Shown in pieces: positions 1-10,083 of a DNA stretch of 64,000 nt. The translations under genes were made by a program, and so were the position numbers. Positions within the stretch are counted from its first letter, which is position 1, and the number at the start of each line of letters is the position of its first letter. Below the pieces are notes generated by a model. That model worked only from the letters and a program-made list of their open reading frames with translations. It had not been told where the DNA came from and searched no databases. Source of the DNA: Phycisphaerae bacterium (GTDB taxonomy: Bacteria > Planctomycetota > Phycisphaerae > UBA1845 > Fen-1342); contig CAXXWX010000013.1 of NCBI GenBank assembly GCA_963675745.2, positions 1 through 64,000 on the forward strand, given 5' to 3'.

Positions 1-429
1 GAGCGGAATCGGCTCTATATCCTCGTCGACCTCCTCGAACTCGACATAGTCATCCTCCACCAGAATCGGCGGCGGTCCTTCCGGCAAAGCCAGCACGGCC
101 TCGACCCACACGTCTTCGAGCAGAAAGTCGATCAGGGCCCATTGCTCCTCGATCACGATGTATTCGTGGGGGGCCTCGATCGGGTCGCGTTGCCGCAACA
201 CGCGCACCGTCCCGTCAAGCCGAAACTGAACGCGCATGCGCTGTGATTCGTTCATCGCCTCGGCGCGGCACATGGCGACCAGTGCCTTCATGCGCTGGGC
301 CGTCTCCGCCAGCCGGGCGGCGCGGCCGAACGTGGAGTAATCCGGCAGCACGATGGCGGCCAGCAGGCCGATCAGCGCGATCACCACCAGCAGTTCCATC
401 AATGTGACGGCGCGGCAGCGAGCTGCCAT
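1..429 (-). CDS. Type II secretion minor pseudopilin (GspH/FimT-like), runs off the window start
   Basis: Not in the ORF track. Open minus-strand frame from ATG 429 reads MAARCRAVTLMELLVVIALIGLLAAIVLP (prepilin N-methylation-type motif); lies directly downstream of gspG. Confidence 0.8.
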   Translation of the reverse strand, partial: MAARCRAVTLMELLVVIALIGLLAAIVLPDYSTFGRAARLAETAQRMKALVAMCRAEAMNESQRMRVQFRLDGTVRVLRQRDPIEAPHEYIVIEEQWALIDFLLEDVWVEAVLALPEGPPPILVEDDYVEFEEVDEDIEPIPL

Positions 430-565
430 AGCACACCTTCGCAAAGTCTGCCGTGTGCCACGGCCGTGCGCGCCGTGCCGCTTCCGCCGGCACCGAAGCG
501 CTGCTCAACAGCGGTGGCACACTACGTTTGCCGACGCGTATTGACGACCGAGCGCCAGTCCCGCG

Positions 566-1006
566 TCAATCCTTCCAGTTCTTGATATCGTCGTCGTCAC
601 CCCATTCGCCGTTGGGGCCGTTGCTGCCGAAGTCGTACTTGCCGGTGTTTTCATCGGCTTCCTCGGGGCCGCGGTAATACCACTCGTTGCCCCAGGGATC
701 GACCAGGTTGTCTTCTTCGAGGTAGGGCCCTTTCCATTTCTTGGCCTCTTCCTCGTCGTCGGGTTCCTCGATGAGCTGGGTGAGCTCCTCGGGGTAAACA
801 CCCATCGCGAACTTGTACAGCTCGAGGGCGTTGCTGAGCCCGGTCTTCACCGCGGCCTCGGCCATCTTGATTTCTGCACCTTCCTGCACTCCCACGAATT
901 GTGGCACGATAAACGCCGCGAGAATGCCGATGATCACGACGACCATCAGCACCTCAAGCAGCGTGAACGCACGACGACGATTTCTAACTCGCTTCAACTG
1001 ACTCAT
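566..1006 (-). CDS. gspG: Type II secretion major pseudopilin GspG
   Basis: RRAFTLLEVLMVVVIIGILAAFIVP prepilin motif; KWKGPYL and DPWGNEWYY; DDDIKNW C-terminus. Confidence 0.93.
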   Translation of the reverse strand: MSQLKRVRNRRRAFTLLEVLMVVVIIGILAAFIVPQFVGVQEGAEIKMAEAAVKTGLSNALELYKFAMGVYPEELTQLIEEPDDEEEAKKWKGPYLEEDNLVDPWGNEWYYRGPEEADENTGKYDFGSNGPNGEWGDDDDIKNWKD

Positions 1007-1056
1007 CTCGATGACTCCCGTTATCTTGAAAACTCCCGCGTTTCAGACGCGCCTAC

Positions 1057-2262
1057 CTATTTGAAGCTCTGTGTGGCCATGGTCAGGATCGGCAGCAACA
1101 ACGCCGCCGCGATAAACAGCACCATCACCGCCGCCATCAGCAGCAACAGCGGTTCGAGCAGCCGCATGAACAGGTCAATCTGCCGCGCGGTGCGGGCCTC
1201 TTGTGTATTCGCAATCTCGACCAGAGTCTTGTCGAGGGTGTTGCTTTCTTCGGCGACCGCGATCATGTCGATGATCGCCGGTGGGAACAGCTTGCTCTGT
1301 GCCAGTGGTTGGGTGAGCGGCTCGCCGTGGCGGACGTTCTCGGCGGCGCCGTGAATCGCCTCGGCGAGGATGACGTTGCCGGCCGAGTCCTTGGCGATCT
1401 CCAGCGCCTGGATGATGGCAATGCCGTTGGCCAGCAACGTGCCCAGAATGCGGCAGAAACGGCACAGCGCCACCATGGTGTAAATCGGGCCGATGCCCCA
1501 GGTCTTCAGTTGCACGTGGGCCATCGCCAGCTTGCCGCGCTCGCTGTGAAGGAACGCCCACAGTGCAACGACAACCAGGGCGATTGCTCCCAGCAGCAGC
1601 AGGTAGTGATGCGTCAGAATATCCGTGGCCCCGAAGACGATCTTGGTCGGCAGCGGTTGTTCGGATTTCTCGATGAGCTTGCGGACGCGCGGCACGACGT
1701 ACGTCATCACGACCGTCACGGCGGCCACCAGCACCGTCATCAGGATGCAGGGGTAGATCATCGCGCCGATGAACTTGTTGCGCAGATCGTCCTGGCGCGT
1801 GACAAATTCCGATAGTCGCGACAGGACATCTTCGAGAAAGCCACCTTTCTCCCCGGCGCGAACCATCGAGGCGTGCAGCTTGGGGAAGGCGTTGGTGTGC
1901 TTCTCCATCGAGTCGGCCAGGGAATCACCGCCGGCCACATCTTCGTGTACTTCGCGCAGCACGCGGGAAAGCGTGGGGACGTTGGTCTGCGTGGCGAGGA
2001 CGCTGATTGAGCGCAACAGCGGTACGCCGGCGGTCAGCAGGTCGGCGAGCTGCTCGTAGATGATGCCCACCTTCGAGATCGAGACGCGTCCCGCGCGCCC
2101 GCCCAGCAGCGAGCCGCGGTCGGTCTGAATCTCGGTCAGGTCAACCGGGGCCAGCTCACGCTCGTAAAGCACGCGCGTGGCGGCTATTTCGCTGTCGGCG
2201 ACAAGCGTGCCGTTGATCGGCTCGCCCACCCGGTTTCGCGCTTTGTACGTAAACGTCGGCAT
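1057..2262 (-). CDS. gspF: Type II secretion/type IV pilus platform protein GspF/PilC
   Basis: MPTFTYKAR start; LLTAGVPLL, MVRAGEKGGFLEDVL, AMIYP, MIAVAEES and LLEPLL motifs; 401 aa. Confidence 0.92.
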   Translation of the reverse strand: MPTFTYKARNRVGEPINGTLVADSEIAATRVLYERELAPVDLTEIQTDRGSLLGGRAGRVSISKVGIIYEQLADLLTAGVPLLRSISVLATQTNVPTLSRVLREVHEDVAGGDSLADSMEKHTNAFPKLHASMVRAGEKGGFLEDVLSRLSEFVTRQDDLRNKFIGAMIYPCILMTVLVAAVTVVMTYVVPRVRKLIEKSEQPLPTKIVFGATDILTHHYLLLLGAIALVVVALWAFLHSERGKLAMAHVQLKTWGIGPIYTMVALCRFCRILGTLLANGIAIIQALEIAKDSAGNVILAEAIHGAAENVRHGEPLTQPLAQSKLFPPAIIDMIAVAEESNTLDKTLVEIANTQEARTARQIDLFMRLLEPLLLLMAAVMVLFIAAALLLPILTMATQSFK

Positions 2263-2597
2263 CCACGTGCCCTTAAGTTATGACACCAAAACCATTTGGC
2301 GCACCTGACCCACGCAGCCTGATATACACTGCGCGCGATCGGCGGATGCACTCGGCCGCGGCGCGGCCGGCGCACACCCCATCTTAACCGGTTGCGGGAA
2401 AAAGAGTACCGGCGCGCAACCTGCCGCAGCCAGTCCACCTTCCGTCAGCCAGCTAACTCGGCAATCGCCAACGCCGCGGACTTGTGATTCCCCGGCGGGC
2501 GGCTAGATTATCCACAAATCGACGCCCTGTGGGTACCTCCAGCGACGCTCGCCCGCCGAATTTGCCGGCGGGTCGAAAGCGGATCGCCATTGTTGGG

Positions 2598-3963
2598 ATG
2601 GCCAATATGCCCGAGCGAAAAAAGCGCGGCAAGGTCGCGAAAACGAAGTCTCCCGGCCGCGATGACGCGAAGGTTGAGGGAGGTTTCGAAACACTCGGGC
2701 TTTCCGAGGCCGTTCTAAAGTCCATCAAGAAAGTCGGTTTCAAGACCCCCACGGATATCCAACGCGTCCTGATTCCTCGCGCCCTCGAAGGCCGCGACTG
2801 TCTGGGGCAGGCCAAGACCGGGACCGGCAAGACGGCGGCATTTGCCCTGCCGCTGTTGGAACGCCTGGCTCCAGGGCAGCCGCTGCAAATGCTCGCGCTC
2901 GTGCCCACCCGCGAACTGGCCGCCCAGGTCGATGACGCCGTTCGTCAACTGAGTACCGGACAAAACGTGCGCACCGCGCTGGTTTATGGTGGGCGGCGAA
3001 TCGCTGGACAGATCCAACAGCTCTCAAAAGGGCCGCAGATCGTCATCGGCACACCCGGCCGCCTGCTGGACCTGATTCACCGCAAACAACTGGATGTCAG
3101 CCAGATGAGATTCGCCGTGCTGGACGAGGTCGATCGCATGCTCGACATCGGTTTTCGCGACGATATCCGGCGTATCCTGCGACGGATCACCGCCCCGCAC
3201 CAGACCATCTTTGTCTCGGCGACAATCGATGACGAAATCCGGCGATTGGCGCGCGCCTTTATGGTGGACCCGCTCGAACTAAACGTCTCCGGTGACGAAC
3301 TCACCGTCGAAAACATTGAACACGGTTTTGTGGCGGTCGCGCGTGAAGACAAGTTCGCCTCGCTGCTTGGCTTTCTCAAGCAGGAGGTGCCCACGCTGGT
3401 GATCGTCTTCACCAACACCAAGATCGCCGCCCATCGTGTCGCCGAACGCCTCAAGAAAGAGGGCGTCAGTTGCCAGGAGATTCACGGCGATCTGCACCAG
3501 TCGCGACGCGAGCGCGTCATGAAGAAGTTCCGCAACGCGGCGATTCAGGTGCTGGTGGCGACGGATCTGGCATCACGCGGCATCGACGTGATGGAAGTTT
3601 CGCACATCGTCAACTACGACATTCCCGCCGAGGCCGCCGCCTACGTTCACCGGATCGGGCGCACCGCCCGCATGGGCCAGCGCGGTTTCGCGGTGACATT
3701 CGTGACGCCGGCCGAGGGCGCGCTGCTCACGACAATTGAGATGCTGCTCAACAAGCAACTCCCGCACTTTGACGTGCCGTGGGTGGTGAAACGCGAGGCA
3801 CCGGCGGTGCCCGCCACTCCGCCGGAGCCCAAGGAAGCTCCCACAACCGGGACGGACTCGCGAGGCCATGCACCGCGACCCCGCGCTGGAAAAGCTCGGC
3901 ATGCGGCCGCGACGGCGCACGCTCGGCAGCCGCTTTCACAGCTCACGCCGATCCCGGCGCTAA
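2598..3963 (+). CDS. DEAD-box RNA helicase; +1 frameshift near 3850, true stop probably TAA 3961-3963
   Basis: Q motif, AKTGTGKT, PTRELA, TPGRL, DEVD, SAT, YVHRIGRTAR. The shifted frame gives a basic tail EAMHRDPALEKLGMRPRRRTLGSRFHSSRRSRR* and avoids overlap with the convergent gene. Confidence 0.88.
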
Positions 3964-4020
3964 GTGCGTCGTGGAAGGCCGGCCTCCGGCCGGTCATAAG
4001 ATGCCGCACGCGCAGCGGAT

Positions 4021-4491
4021 TCAGAATCCATCGCCATCGGTGTCCGGATCGGGAGGCATGTCCGGTTCCGCGGGCGCTTGCGTCTGTTGGCGGCGCTGGA
4101 AGACCTGGAAACGCCGGCGACCCAACAACGCCGCCTCGCTCAGAAGCTCGATGGCATATTGACCGCCGGTCTCGATCTTCACGCCGCGGAGGGCGAATAC
4201 CATATCCACGGTGGCCAGTGGGCTGGGGGCGCTTACCGTCTCGGTCGCCGAGAAGAGAATGTGATTGTCCGCATCACGGATCAGACGCAGCTCGACGTTG
4301 GTCTCCCCCTGAAGTTCGGTCAGGGCCGCCATCACCACCATCTGCTGGATCGTGGCCGGGACGCGCGGCACAAGAATGGCGTTGAACAGGCCGATCGCGC
4401 TCTTCTTGTTCGTCAAGCGATCGTCGATGACCTGATCGCAGATCAGCAGTGCCACCAGGGTGGGGGCCGCCTTGTCGGGCTGGTCGCTCAT
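4021..4491 (-). CDS. Conserved hypothetical beta-sandwich protein (DUF6941-like)
   Basis: ALLICDQVIDDRLTNKKSAIGLFN N-terminus and GQYAIELL near the C-terminus. Confidence 0.65.
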   Translation of the reverse strand: MSDQPDKAAPTLVALLICDQVIDDRLTNKKSAIGLFNAILVPRVPATIQQMVVMAALTELQGETNVELRLIRDADNHILFSATETVSAPSPLATVDMVFALRGVKIETGGQYAIELLSEAALLGRRRFQVFQRRQQTQAPAEPDMPPDPDTDGDGF

Positions 4492-4676
4492 GGCCGCATG
4501 ATACCACCCCTGTACGCAACGTCCCATGCGCCGCGCTACTAAACGCGAGAAGAAACAAGCGCTGGTCGCACGCTCGGCCCTGAAGGGCTGAGAGGCGAAC
4601 AGCCCGGCGGCGCAAGCACCCGAGGTGGGCCTCGTCGTTGTTGCAGCATTCGTGTCAAACGCGTAAAACGCAGCGC

Positions 4677-5724
4677 ATGTTCACGCCGGAGACATTACTG
4701 GTCCTCTATCTGCTGCTCGCGCTGGGCGTGTCGTTTATCTGCTCATTGACCGAGTCGGGGCTGTTGTCGCTGTCGCGCGCGCGGGTAGCGGCGTTGTGTA
4801 AGGCCGGCCGGTCCAGTGGACGCATGCTCGAGCGGATGAAGGGCAACATCGAGCGTCCGCTGGCCGCTATCCTGACGCTCAACACGGTGGCGCACACGAT
4901 CGGTGCCGCCGGCGTCGGGGCCGAATCCTACGCTGTTTTTGGCAACCGGTGGGTCGCCGTCTACCAGCGCTGTTCTCACCATACTCATCCTCGTGTTCTC
5001 TGAGATTATTCCCAAAACGCTCGGCGTGGTTTACGCCAGCCGGCTGGCGCCGTTCACCGCCTACACGATCACGGCGATGATCTACCTGAGCTATCCGCTT
5101 GTTATCGTGTTCCAGTTGCTCTCGCGCATGCTCGGGCAAGGACACGGCCACGCGCTCACGCGCGAGGAGTTCGCCGTGATTGCCGAACTCGGTCAGACCG
5201 AGGGAGCTCTGCACGAAAAGGAGTACCGCATCATCCGTAACCTGCTGCGGTTGCGCCACATGCGGGTCCGCGACGTGCTCACGCCGCGCACCGTAGTCTT
5301 CATGCTTCAGCGGGATCTGACCGTGCAGCAGGTGCTCGAGCAGCACGGCCCGTTGCGGTTCGCTCGGATACCGGTGTACGGTGAAAGCCTGGACGATGTT
5401 GTTGGTGTCGTGCTGCGTCATGCGCTCAACGAGGCGTTGCGCGACGGGCGCGGAGCGTCCACACTGGCCGAGCTGGCCACGCCGATCCACGCCGTTCCCG
5501 AAGATGCGCCGCTTGACCGGGTGCTGGACGAGTTTGTGAACCATCGCGGACAGCTATTTCTGGCCGTCGACGAGCATGGGGGAACCGCCGGTATCATCAC
5601 CTTGGAAGACGCCATCGAGACATTGCTGGGCGCCGAAATCGTGGATGAGACCGACCAGGTTGTGGACATGCGCAAACTCGCCGGGCGGATGTTTCAAGAC
5701 AAGCTGAGCGGTCGGCGCTTCTAA
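4677..5724 (+). CDS. CNNM/DUF21 + CBS-pair membrane protein (CorB/HlyC-like); +1 frameshift near 4962
   Basis: SFICSLTESGLLS and AILTLNTVAHTIGA in the first frame; ILVFSEIIPKTLG, VRDVLTPR, RIPVY, VDEHGGTAGIITLEDAIE in the second. Confidence 0.88.
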
Positions 5725-5772
5725 AGACTGTGGCGGCTTTCGGGGGCACAGCGCTGGCCGGTATGAGAGCAC

Positions 5773-5854
5773 TGTAACGGCCTGCGCCCCGCGGGCCGCC
5801 GGATGTAGGAAACGCCGCTTCGCGCCGACGGCCTGCGAGGCGCAGGCCGCTACA
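5773..5854. repeat. Inverted pair of GTAG-type REP-like palindromes (REPIN-like)
   Basis: tgtaacggcctgcgccccgcgggccgccgg (5773-5802) is an imperfect reverse complement of ccgacggcctgcgaggcgcaggccgctaca (5825-5854); each arm has an internal hairpin. Confidence 0.7.
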
Positions 5855-5899
5855 TTGCGCCCGGGCAGGTCGGTACACCGACGATGTAAAGGAGCACAC

Positions 5900-8095
5900 A
5901 TGGGCGTTGCGTCAGCGCGGCTCACTCTCCGCGTCGCGGTATGTCTATCGACTGTCGCCGCAAGCCACGCGGCGGATACGATCACCGGACAAATCGTCGA
6001 TGGGCAAGGGGATCCGGTTGCCGCGGCGACGGTCATTGTCTTCGATCACGCAACCGGGCTTCCGATAGATTCCGCAACCTCACGACCGTTCACCAAAACC
6101 GGCGCGCCTCTCAATATCCAGGGCTTTGTGCATGTCACTTCGGGCGAAGACGGGTGCTTTGAAGTGGCCGGCCTTGCGCCAGGCAAGTATCGGCTCGTCG
6201 CCCAGAAGTGGCTCGGAACCGTAGAGCCCGCCGACGAGCTGCTGGCCGTGCGCGGCCGCACCGTTGCGGTTCATGGCTGCGTTGACGGTGTGGACCTTCC
6301 GCCAAGCGCGGCGGTAACGCACATCCTGCGTCCGTTGGGGACCGGCGCTCTACACATCGACCAGAAGGCGCCGAACGATGAGACCCTTTTGCTGGTGAGC
6401 ACGCAGCCGCCGTGCGCTGATCCGGCCCTCGGATTCTGGAGCTGGGGCCCAGACTTTCTGCGCGGCGTGCTGGCCTTCAACCGCATGCCGAATGGTGAGA
6501 CGACCATGTGTGGACTGCCCGCCGGTAAGGTCTACGTCGCGATGTTCGCGTCGGACAGCAAGCCGGGTTTCGCGTTGGCCGAGGCGACAATCCGACCAGG
6601 CCGTACAACCGAGCTGCACACGACCTTCGTAGCCGACTGGAGTGACGCGCGCCACGAGCCCCCGGAGCACCTCAGACCCTTGTTTGAGCGCGTGCTGGCC
6701 GGTGAATTCGTCGTTGGCGAGGTGCTGGGCGATGTGTCGCCGGGGGCCCTGGACCTGCGGCGCCTCGGTCAAATCATCGCGCGCGTCGGTCCTCTGCATC
6801 GCGAGGTGGACTTGCCCGGCGGCGGCAAGGCCACCGTGGCCGACCTCCTGGCGGTTGAGCGCTACGTCGGACTGTCACGCCGCGCCGTTCGGCAACAAGC
6901 CAGCCACACAATCGCGGGCACGGCGAATGAAAACGAAGCGGTCGTGCGCGACCTCTGGCAGACGGTGGGACGTAGCTACCCGTGCTTCGAGCTGAAGCAC
7001 ATCGACTGGCCCGCAGTCGGCGAGGAGTTTCTGCCGCGTGCCAGAGAAGCTGAATCGGTCGGAGAGCTCGGTTTGCTCTGCATGGAGCTGTTGGCGCGCC
7101 TGGAAGACAGTCATGCCCAGTTGCTCGCCGGGCAGGTCACGCTGCCGGTCCCGCCACTGCCGATCTGGGACGCCGGGCTGGCATGCCTGGTGGCGGACGG
7201 CGGAGATCCGGCCGTGTACTACCTCGTGCCGGATGGGCCGGCCGCAAAAGCCGGGCTACAGGTTGGGATGACAATCGAACGCATCAATGGTCAGCCCGCG
7301 GCGTCGGCAATCGATGACACGATGAGCCTGCTCAGCCGCTACTACGGCTACTCCAGCAGGCGCTACCTGCGCTACGATGCACATCGCCTGTTCGCACGGC
7401 AACTGGAACAAGGGGCGGCGCTATCACTCGATGCCCGCGATGCGGATGGCAACTCACACCACTACGCGTTGTCCGCCACGTTGAGAGCCGCCTACCTGCC
7501 GCGCCTGCCCGTGCCTGTGCCGGGGATCGACGAAAACCGAAACGTCTCGTGGAAACTGCTCACCGGGAACATTGGCCACATATACGTTCGCCGCATTCGC
7601 GAAGACCTGACCGCCTCACTCGACCGGGCGGTGGCCGATCTGGCCGCTGCCGATGGCCTGATCATCGATGTGCGCGGCAACAGCGGCGGCGGCTTTGATG
7701 CCCGTGAGGCCTTTAAAAACTTCGCCGCCGAGCGGGATAGCGACGAGCCGCACCACCCGCGTTTCGATGGGCCGCTTGCGCTGCTGATTGACGCGCGCTG
7801 CATCAGTGCCGGCGAAGGTTGGGCATCGTGGTTTGTGGCCGGGAAGCGCGCCCGGCTCTTTGGTGAGACCACCGCCGGCGCATCCGCGCGCAAGACCGTT
7901 TACGAGTTAAAGAACAAGGCATTCAAGGCGCGCTTTCCGATCAAGGCGTACAGGGGTTTTCTCGACCGCCCGATCGAGCGGCGCGGGCTCGAACCGGATG
8001 TTCCGCTCATGCAGCGCGCCCAGGATCTGGCCGAGCAACGCGACACCGTACTGGAGGCCGCGCGGGCTTACCTTTTGAGCTTGGGCGGGGAGTAG
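5900..8095 (+). CDS. Secreted S41 family peptidase with N-terminal carboxypeptidase-regulatory-like domain and PDZ domain
   Basis: AAAGGAG RBS; signal peptide; ITGQIVDGQGDPVAAATV; GPAAKAGLQVGMTIERING; LIIDVRGNSGGG; CISAGE; IERRGLEPD. Confidence 0.85.
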   Translation: MGVASARLTLRVAVCLSTVAASHAADTITGQIVDGQGDPVAAATVIVFDHATGLPIDSATSRPFTKTGAPLNIQGFVHVTSGEDGCFEVAGLAPGKYRLVAQKWLGTVEPADELLAVRGRTVAVHGCVDGVDLPPSAAVTHILRPLGTGALHIDQKAPNDETLLLVSTQPPCADPALGFWSWGPDFLRGVLAFNRMPNGETTMCGLPAGKVYVAMFASDSKPGFALAEATIRPGRTTELHTTFVADWSDARHEPPEHLRPLFERVLAGEFVVGEVLGDVSPGALDLRRLGQIIARVGPLHREVDLPGGGKATVADLLAVERYVGLSRRAVRQQASHTIAGTANENEAVVRDLWQTVGRSYPCFELKHIDWPAVGEEFLPRAREAESVGELGLLCMELLARLEDSHAQLLAGQVTLPVPPLPIWDAGLACLVADGGDPAVYYLVPDGPAAKAGLQVGMTIERINGQPAASAIDDTMSLLSRYYGYSSRRYLRYDAHRLFARQLEQGAALSLDARDADGNSHHYALSATLRAAYLPRLPVPVPGIDENRNVSWKLLTGNIGHIYVRRIREDLTASLDRAVADLAAADGLIIDVRGNSGGGFDAREAFKNFAAERDSDEPHHPRFDGPLALLIDARCISAGEGWASWFVAGKRARLFGETTAGASARKTVYELKNKAFKARFPIKAYRGFLDRPIERRGLEPDVPLMQRAQDLAEQRDTVLEAARAYLLSLGGE

Positions 8096-8146
8096 CCAGC
8101 CCGGCCGCGCGCGTGGCGGCGCATTGTCGGAGTGCTCACAAAACAA

Positions 8147-8182
8147 CCGCACCCCCAAACCCGGGCGGGCGAGGGGGTGCGG
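8147..8182. terminator. Putative hairpin terminator between convergent genes
   Basis: ccgcaccccc ... gggggtgcgg inverted repeat between the S41 and PEP-CTERM gene ends. Confidence 0.45.
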
Positions 8183-8205
8183 CCAATGGCGCGGTTGCCT
8201 GGTTT

Positions 8206-9093
8206 TCAGACGCCGACTCTCCGTCGCACTACGGTAGTCATGGCTCCGAGGACCAGCAGCAGGGCTGACGCCGGCTCGGGGGCCCAGTCGACGTGATATC
8301 CCCACTCCCACCCATCGTGCAGGTAGAACGTCTTCGGGCCGGCGCCCTGCATCGGGTCAAACGATGCCAGGTACGTCTCAGCCCGGAACCACGTGGTGAT
8401 TTCCTCTTGCGGGCACGGACGGGCCGGATTGTCGTCGAAGGTCAGTCCCCACTTCCGGCGTTCGCCGAAGGTGTAGTAGAAGGGCTCGGCGTCCAGTTGT
8501 GGTGCGTTCGGGTCAAAGGGGTCGTTTGGAAACGGATCGATGTGAACGGCGCCGCTGCTGCTCGTGAACATCTGAATAAACGTCAGCTCGTGTCCGGGCG
8601 GCAGGGCGTCGTTTTCGCCCGGGATGTAGGTAGCCAGCATCTTGGCCCCACCCCAGCCCAGCAAGCGGTCACCCTCCTCGTTGCGCGGATCGCCGACCGC
8701 CTTGTAGGCGCTAATCACCACCTGGCCGGTCAATGCCATGTTGTTGACGCCGGACCAGGTCGGGTAACTGATGGCCTTGTCTGCGGAATAGGTCGGCCAG
8801 AACTGTGATTGGCCGGCTGCCGGCGTATCTGGCGGCAGATCCCGATAAATGGGAGCGGCCGGGTCGAGGGTCACGGTGCCATCCCACCCCTCAGGGCAAT
8901 CGTCAACCGCCACCGACTCGACGTAATCGACGCCCGGGGCGTATGCGATGGTTATTGCCGCCGAGGTGCTCGGCGACGCGAGGCTGAGACAGAGCGTCAT
9001 GGCGACGCACCAGGTGATGCCGGCACGTGCGCCTGACTGAAAGACGGCAGTGGTGAGCGACAGAGTGGCGTTTTGGGCGTGCTTGCGGGTCAT
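8206..9093 (-). CDS. PEP-CTERM sorting-domain surface protein
   Basis: AAGAGGAGA RBS; signal-like segment; C-terminus WAPEPASALLLVLGAMTTVVRRRVGV. Confidence 0.85.
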   Translation of the reverse strand: MTRKHAQNATLSLTTAVFQSGARAGITWCVAMTLCLSLASPSTSAAITIAYAPGVDYVESVAVDDCPEGWDGTVTLDPAAPIYRDLPPDTPAAGQSQFWPTYSADKAISYPTWSGVNNMALTGQVVISAYKAVGDPRNEEGDRLLGWGGAKMLATYIPGENDALPPGHELTFIQMFTSSSGAVHIDPFPNDPFDPNAPQLDAEPFYYTFGERRKWGLTFDDNPARPCPQEEITTWFRAETYLASFDPMQGAGPKTFYLHDGWEWGYHVDWAPEPASALLLVLGAMTTVVRRRVGV

Positions 9094-9163
9094 GGTCGTG
9101 TCTCCTCTTGCGGTTGTGTCGTCCTCGTGTGTGCGGCCGATGTGGCCGACGCTCACAAAGCAC

Positions 9164-9190
9164 TTGGCGACGCGCTCGGCGGACCTTTCA
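9164..9190 (-). promoter_or_regulatory. Putative ECF promoter TGAAAGGT-N13-CGCCAA upstream of the PEP-CTERM gene
   Basis: Same motif and spacing recur on the + strand at 10026-10052. Confidence 0.6.
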
Positions 9191-9317
9191 CGCCACACAG
9201 TTTTTTTCCAAGGCGTTTCGAGGGCGTGCTGACACGTTATGCTGTCGTTTACGTGGTGGGTCTCGATGCGTATTAGGTGGCCGTGCGCATCGTCCCCGCG
9301 ACAGACGAGGGGCGGCG

Positions 9318-9938
9318 ATGGCCGAGCGTGATCCAGAATCGCACCTGACGACGATTACGAGCACCGATTTGCTGAATGGGTTGAGAAGCCCGGACAACCA
9401 GACGGTCTGGCAGCAGTACGTCGATCGCTACCGACCTGTGATCGTCGCCTACGCACACCGGATCGGCTTGCCCGCCGCTGATGCCGAGGACGCCGCCCAA
9501 CAGACGCTCTCCGCCTTTTATGTCGCCTACCGCGATGGCAAGTACGAGCGCGACAAGGGGCGTCTGCACAACTGGCTGTTCGGCATCGCACGTAACCAGA
9601 TCAGAAACTGGCGCCGCACACGCCGCAACCGTGAGGTGCAGGTTGCCGCCCAGGATGGGGAGACAGACTTCTTCGACCAACTCGGCGACGAAGACCAGTG
9701 GGAACAGATATGGGATCAGGAGTGGCGCGGCGCGGTGATGCGTCAGTGCCTCGCGGAAGTTCGGCGGGAAGTCGGTGAGAAGACATTCACCGCGTTCGAG
9801 CTGTTTGCCTCGAAGGGTTGGCCGGCACGCAAGGTCGCCGAACACCTCGGGCTCACGTCAAATGCCGTGTTCATAGCCAAGCACCGCGTCTTGCAGCGCG
9901 TTCGCGGGCTGTTGCCGCAGATCGAGACGATCTGGTGA
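9318..9938 (+). CDS. ECF sigma-70 factor (kinase-associated planctomycete type)
   Basis: TSTDLLNGLR..WQQYVDRYRP, DAEDAAQQT, GRLHNWLFGIARN; region 4 ARKVAEHLGLTSNAVFIAKHRV. Confidence 0.92.
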   Translation: MAERDPESHLTTITSTDLLNGLRSPDNQTVWQQYVDRYRPVIVAYAHRIGLPAADAEDAAQQTLSAFYVAYRDGKYERDKGRLHNWLFGIARNQIRNWRRTRRNREVQVAAQDGETDFFDQLGDEDQWEQIWDQEWRGAVMRQCLAEVRREVGEKTFTAFELFASKGWPARKVAEHLGLTSNAVFIAKHRVLQRVRGLLPQIETIW

Positions 9939-10025
9939 ACCGGGGGCTGGCGGGCGCGCGAGGATTTCGTGCGAGAAGGGATTCTCGCACGAGCGTGCGC
10001 ACGAGCGCGGGCGTGCGCGATTTGC

Positions 10026-10052
10026 TGAAAGGTTTGGCGTCGTTGCCGCCAA
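10026..10052 (+). promoter_or_regulatory. Putative ECF promoter TGAAAGGT-N13-CGCCAA upstream of the kinase
   Basis: tgaaaggt ttggcgtcgttgc cgccaa, about 30 nt upstream of ATG 10084; matches 9164-9190. Confidence 0.6.
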
Positions 10053-10083
10053 TACCCCTTGAGCGCACAGGGGAGTCTGATTG

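Noticed and set aside
3850..4385. Long C-terminal extension of the DEAD-box helicase (633-aa ORF)
   Set aside because: Produced by the +1 frameshift; it would overlap the convergent 4021-4491 gene.
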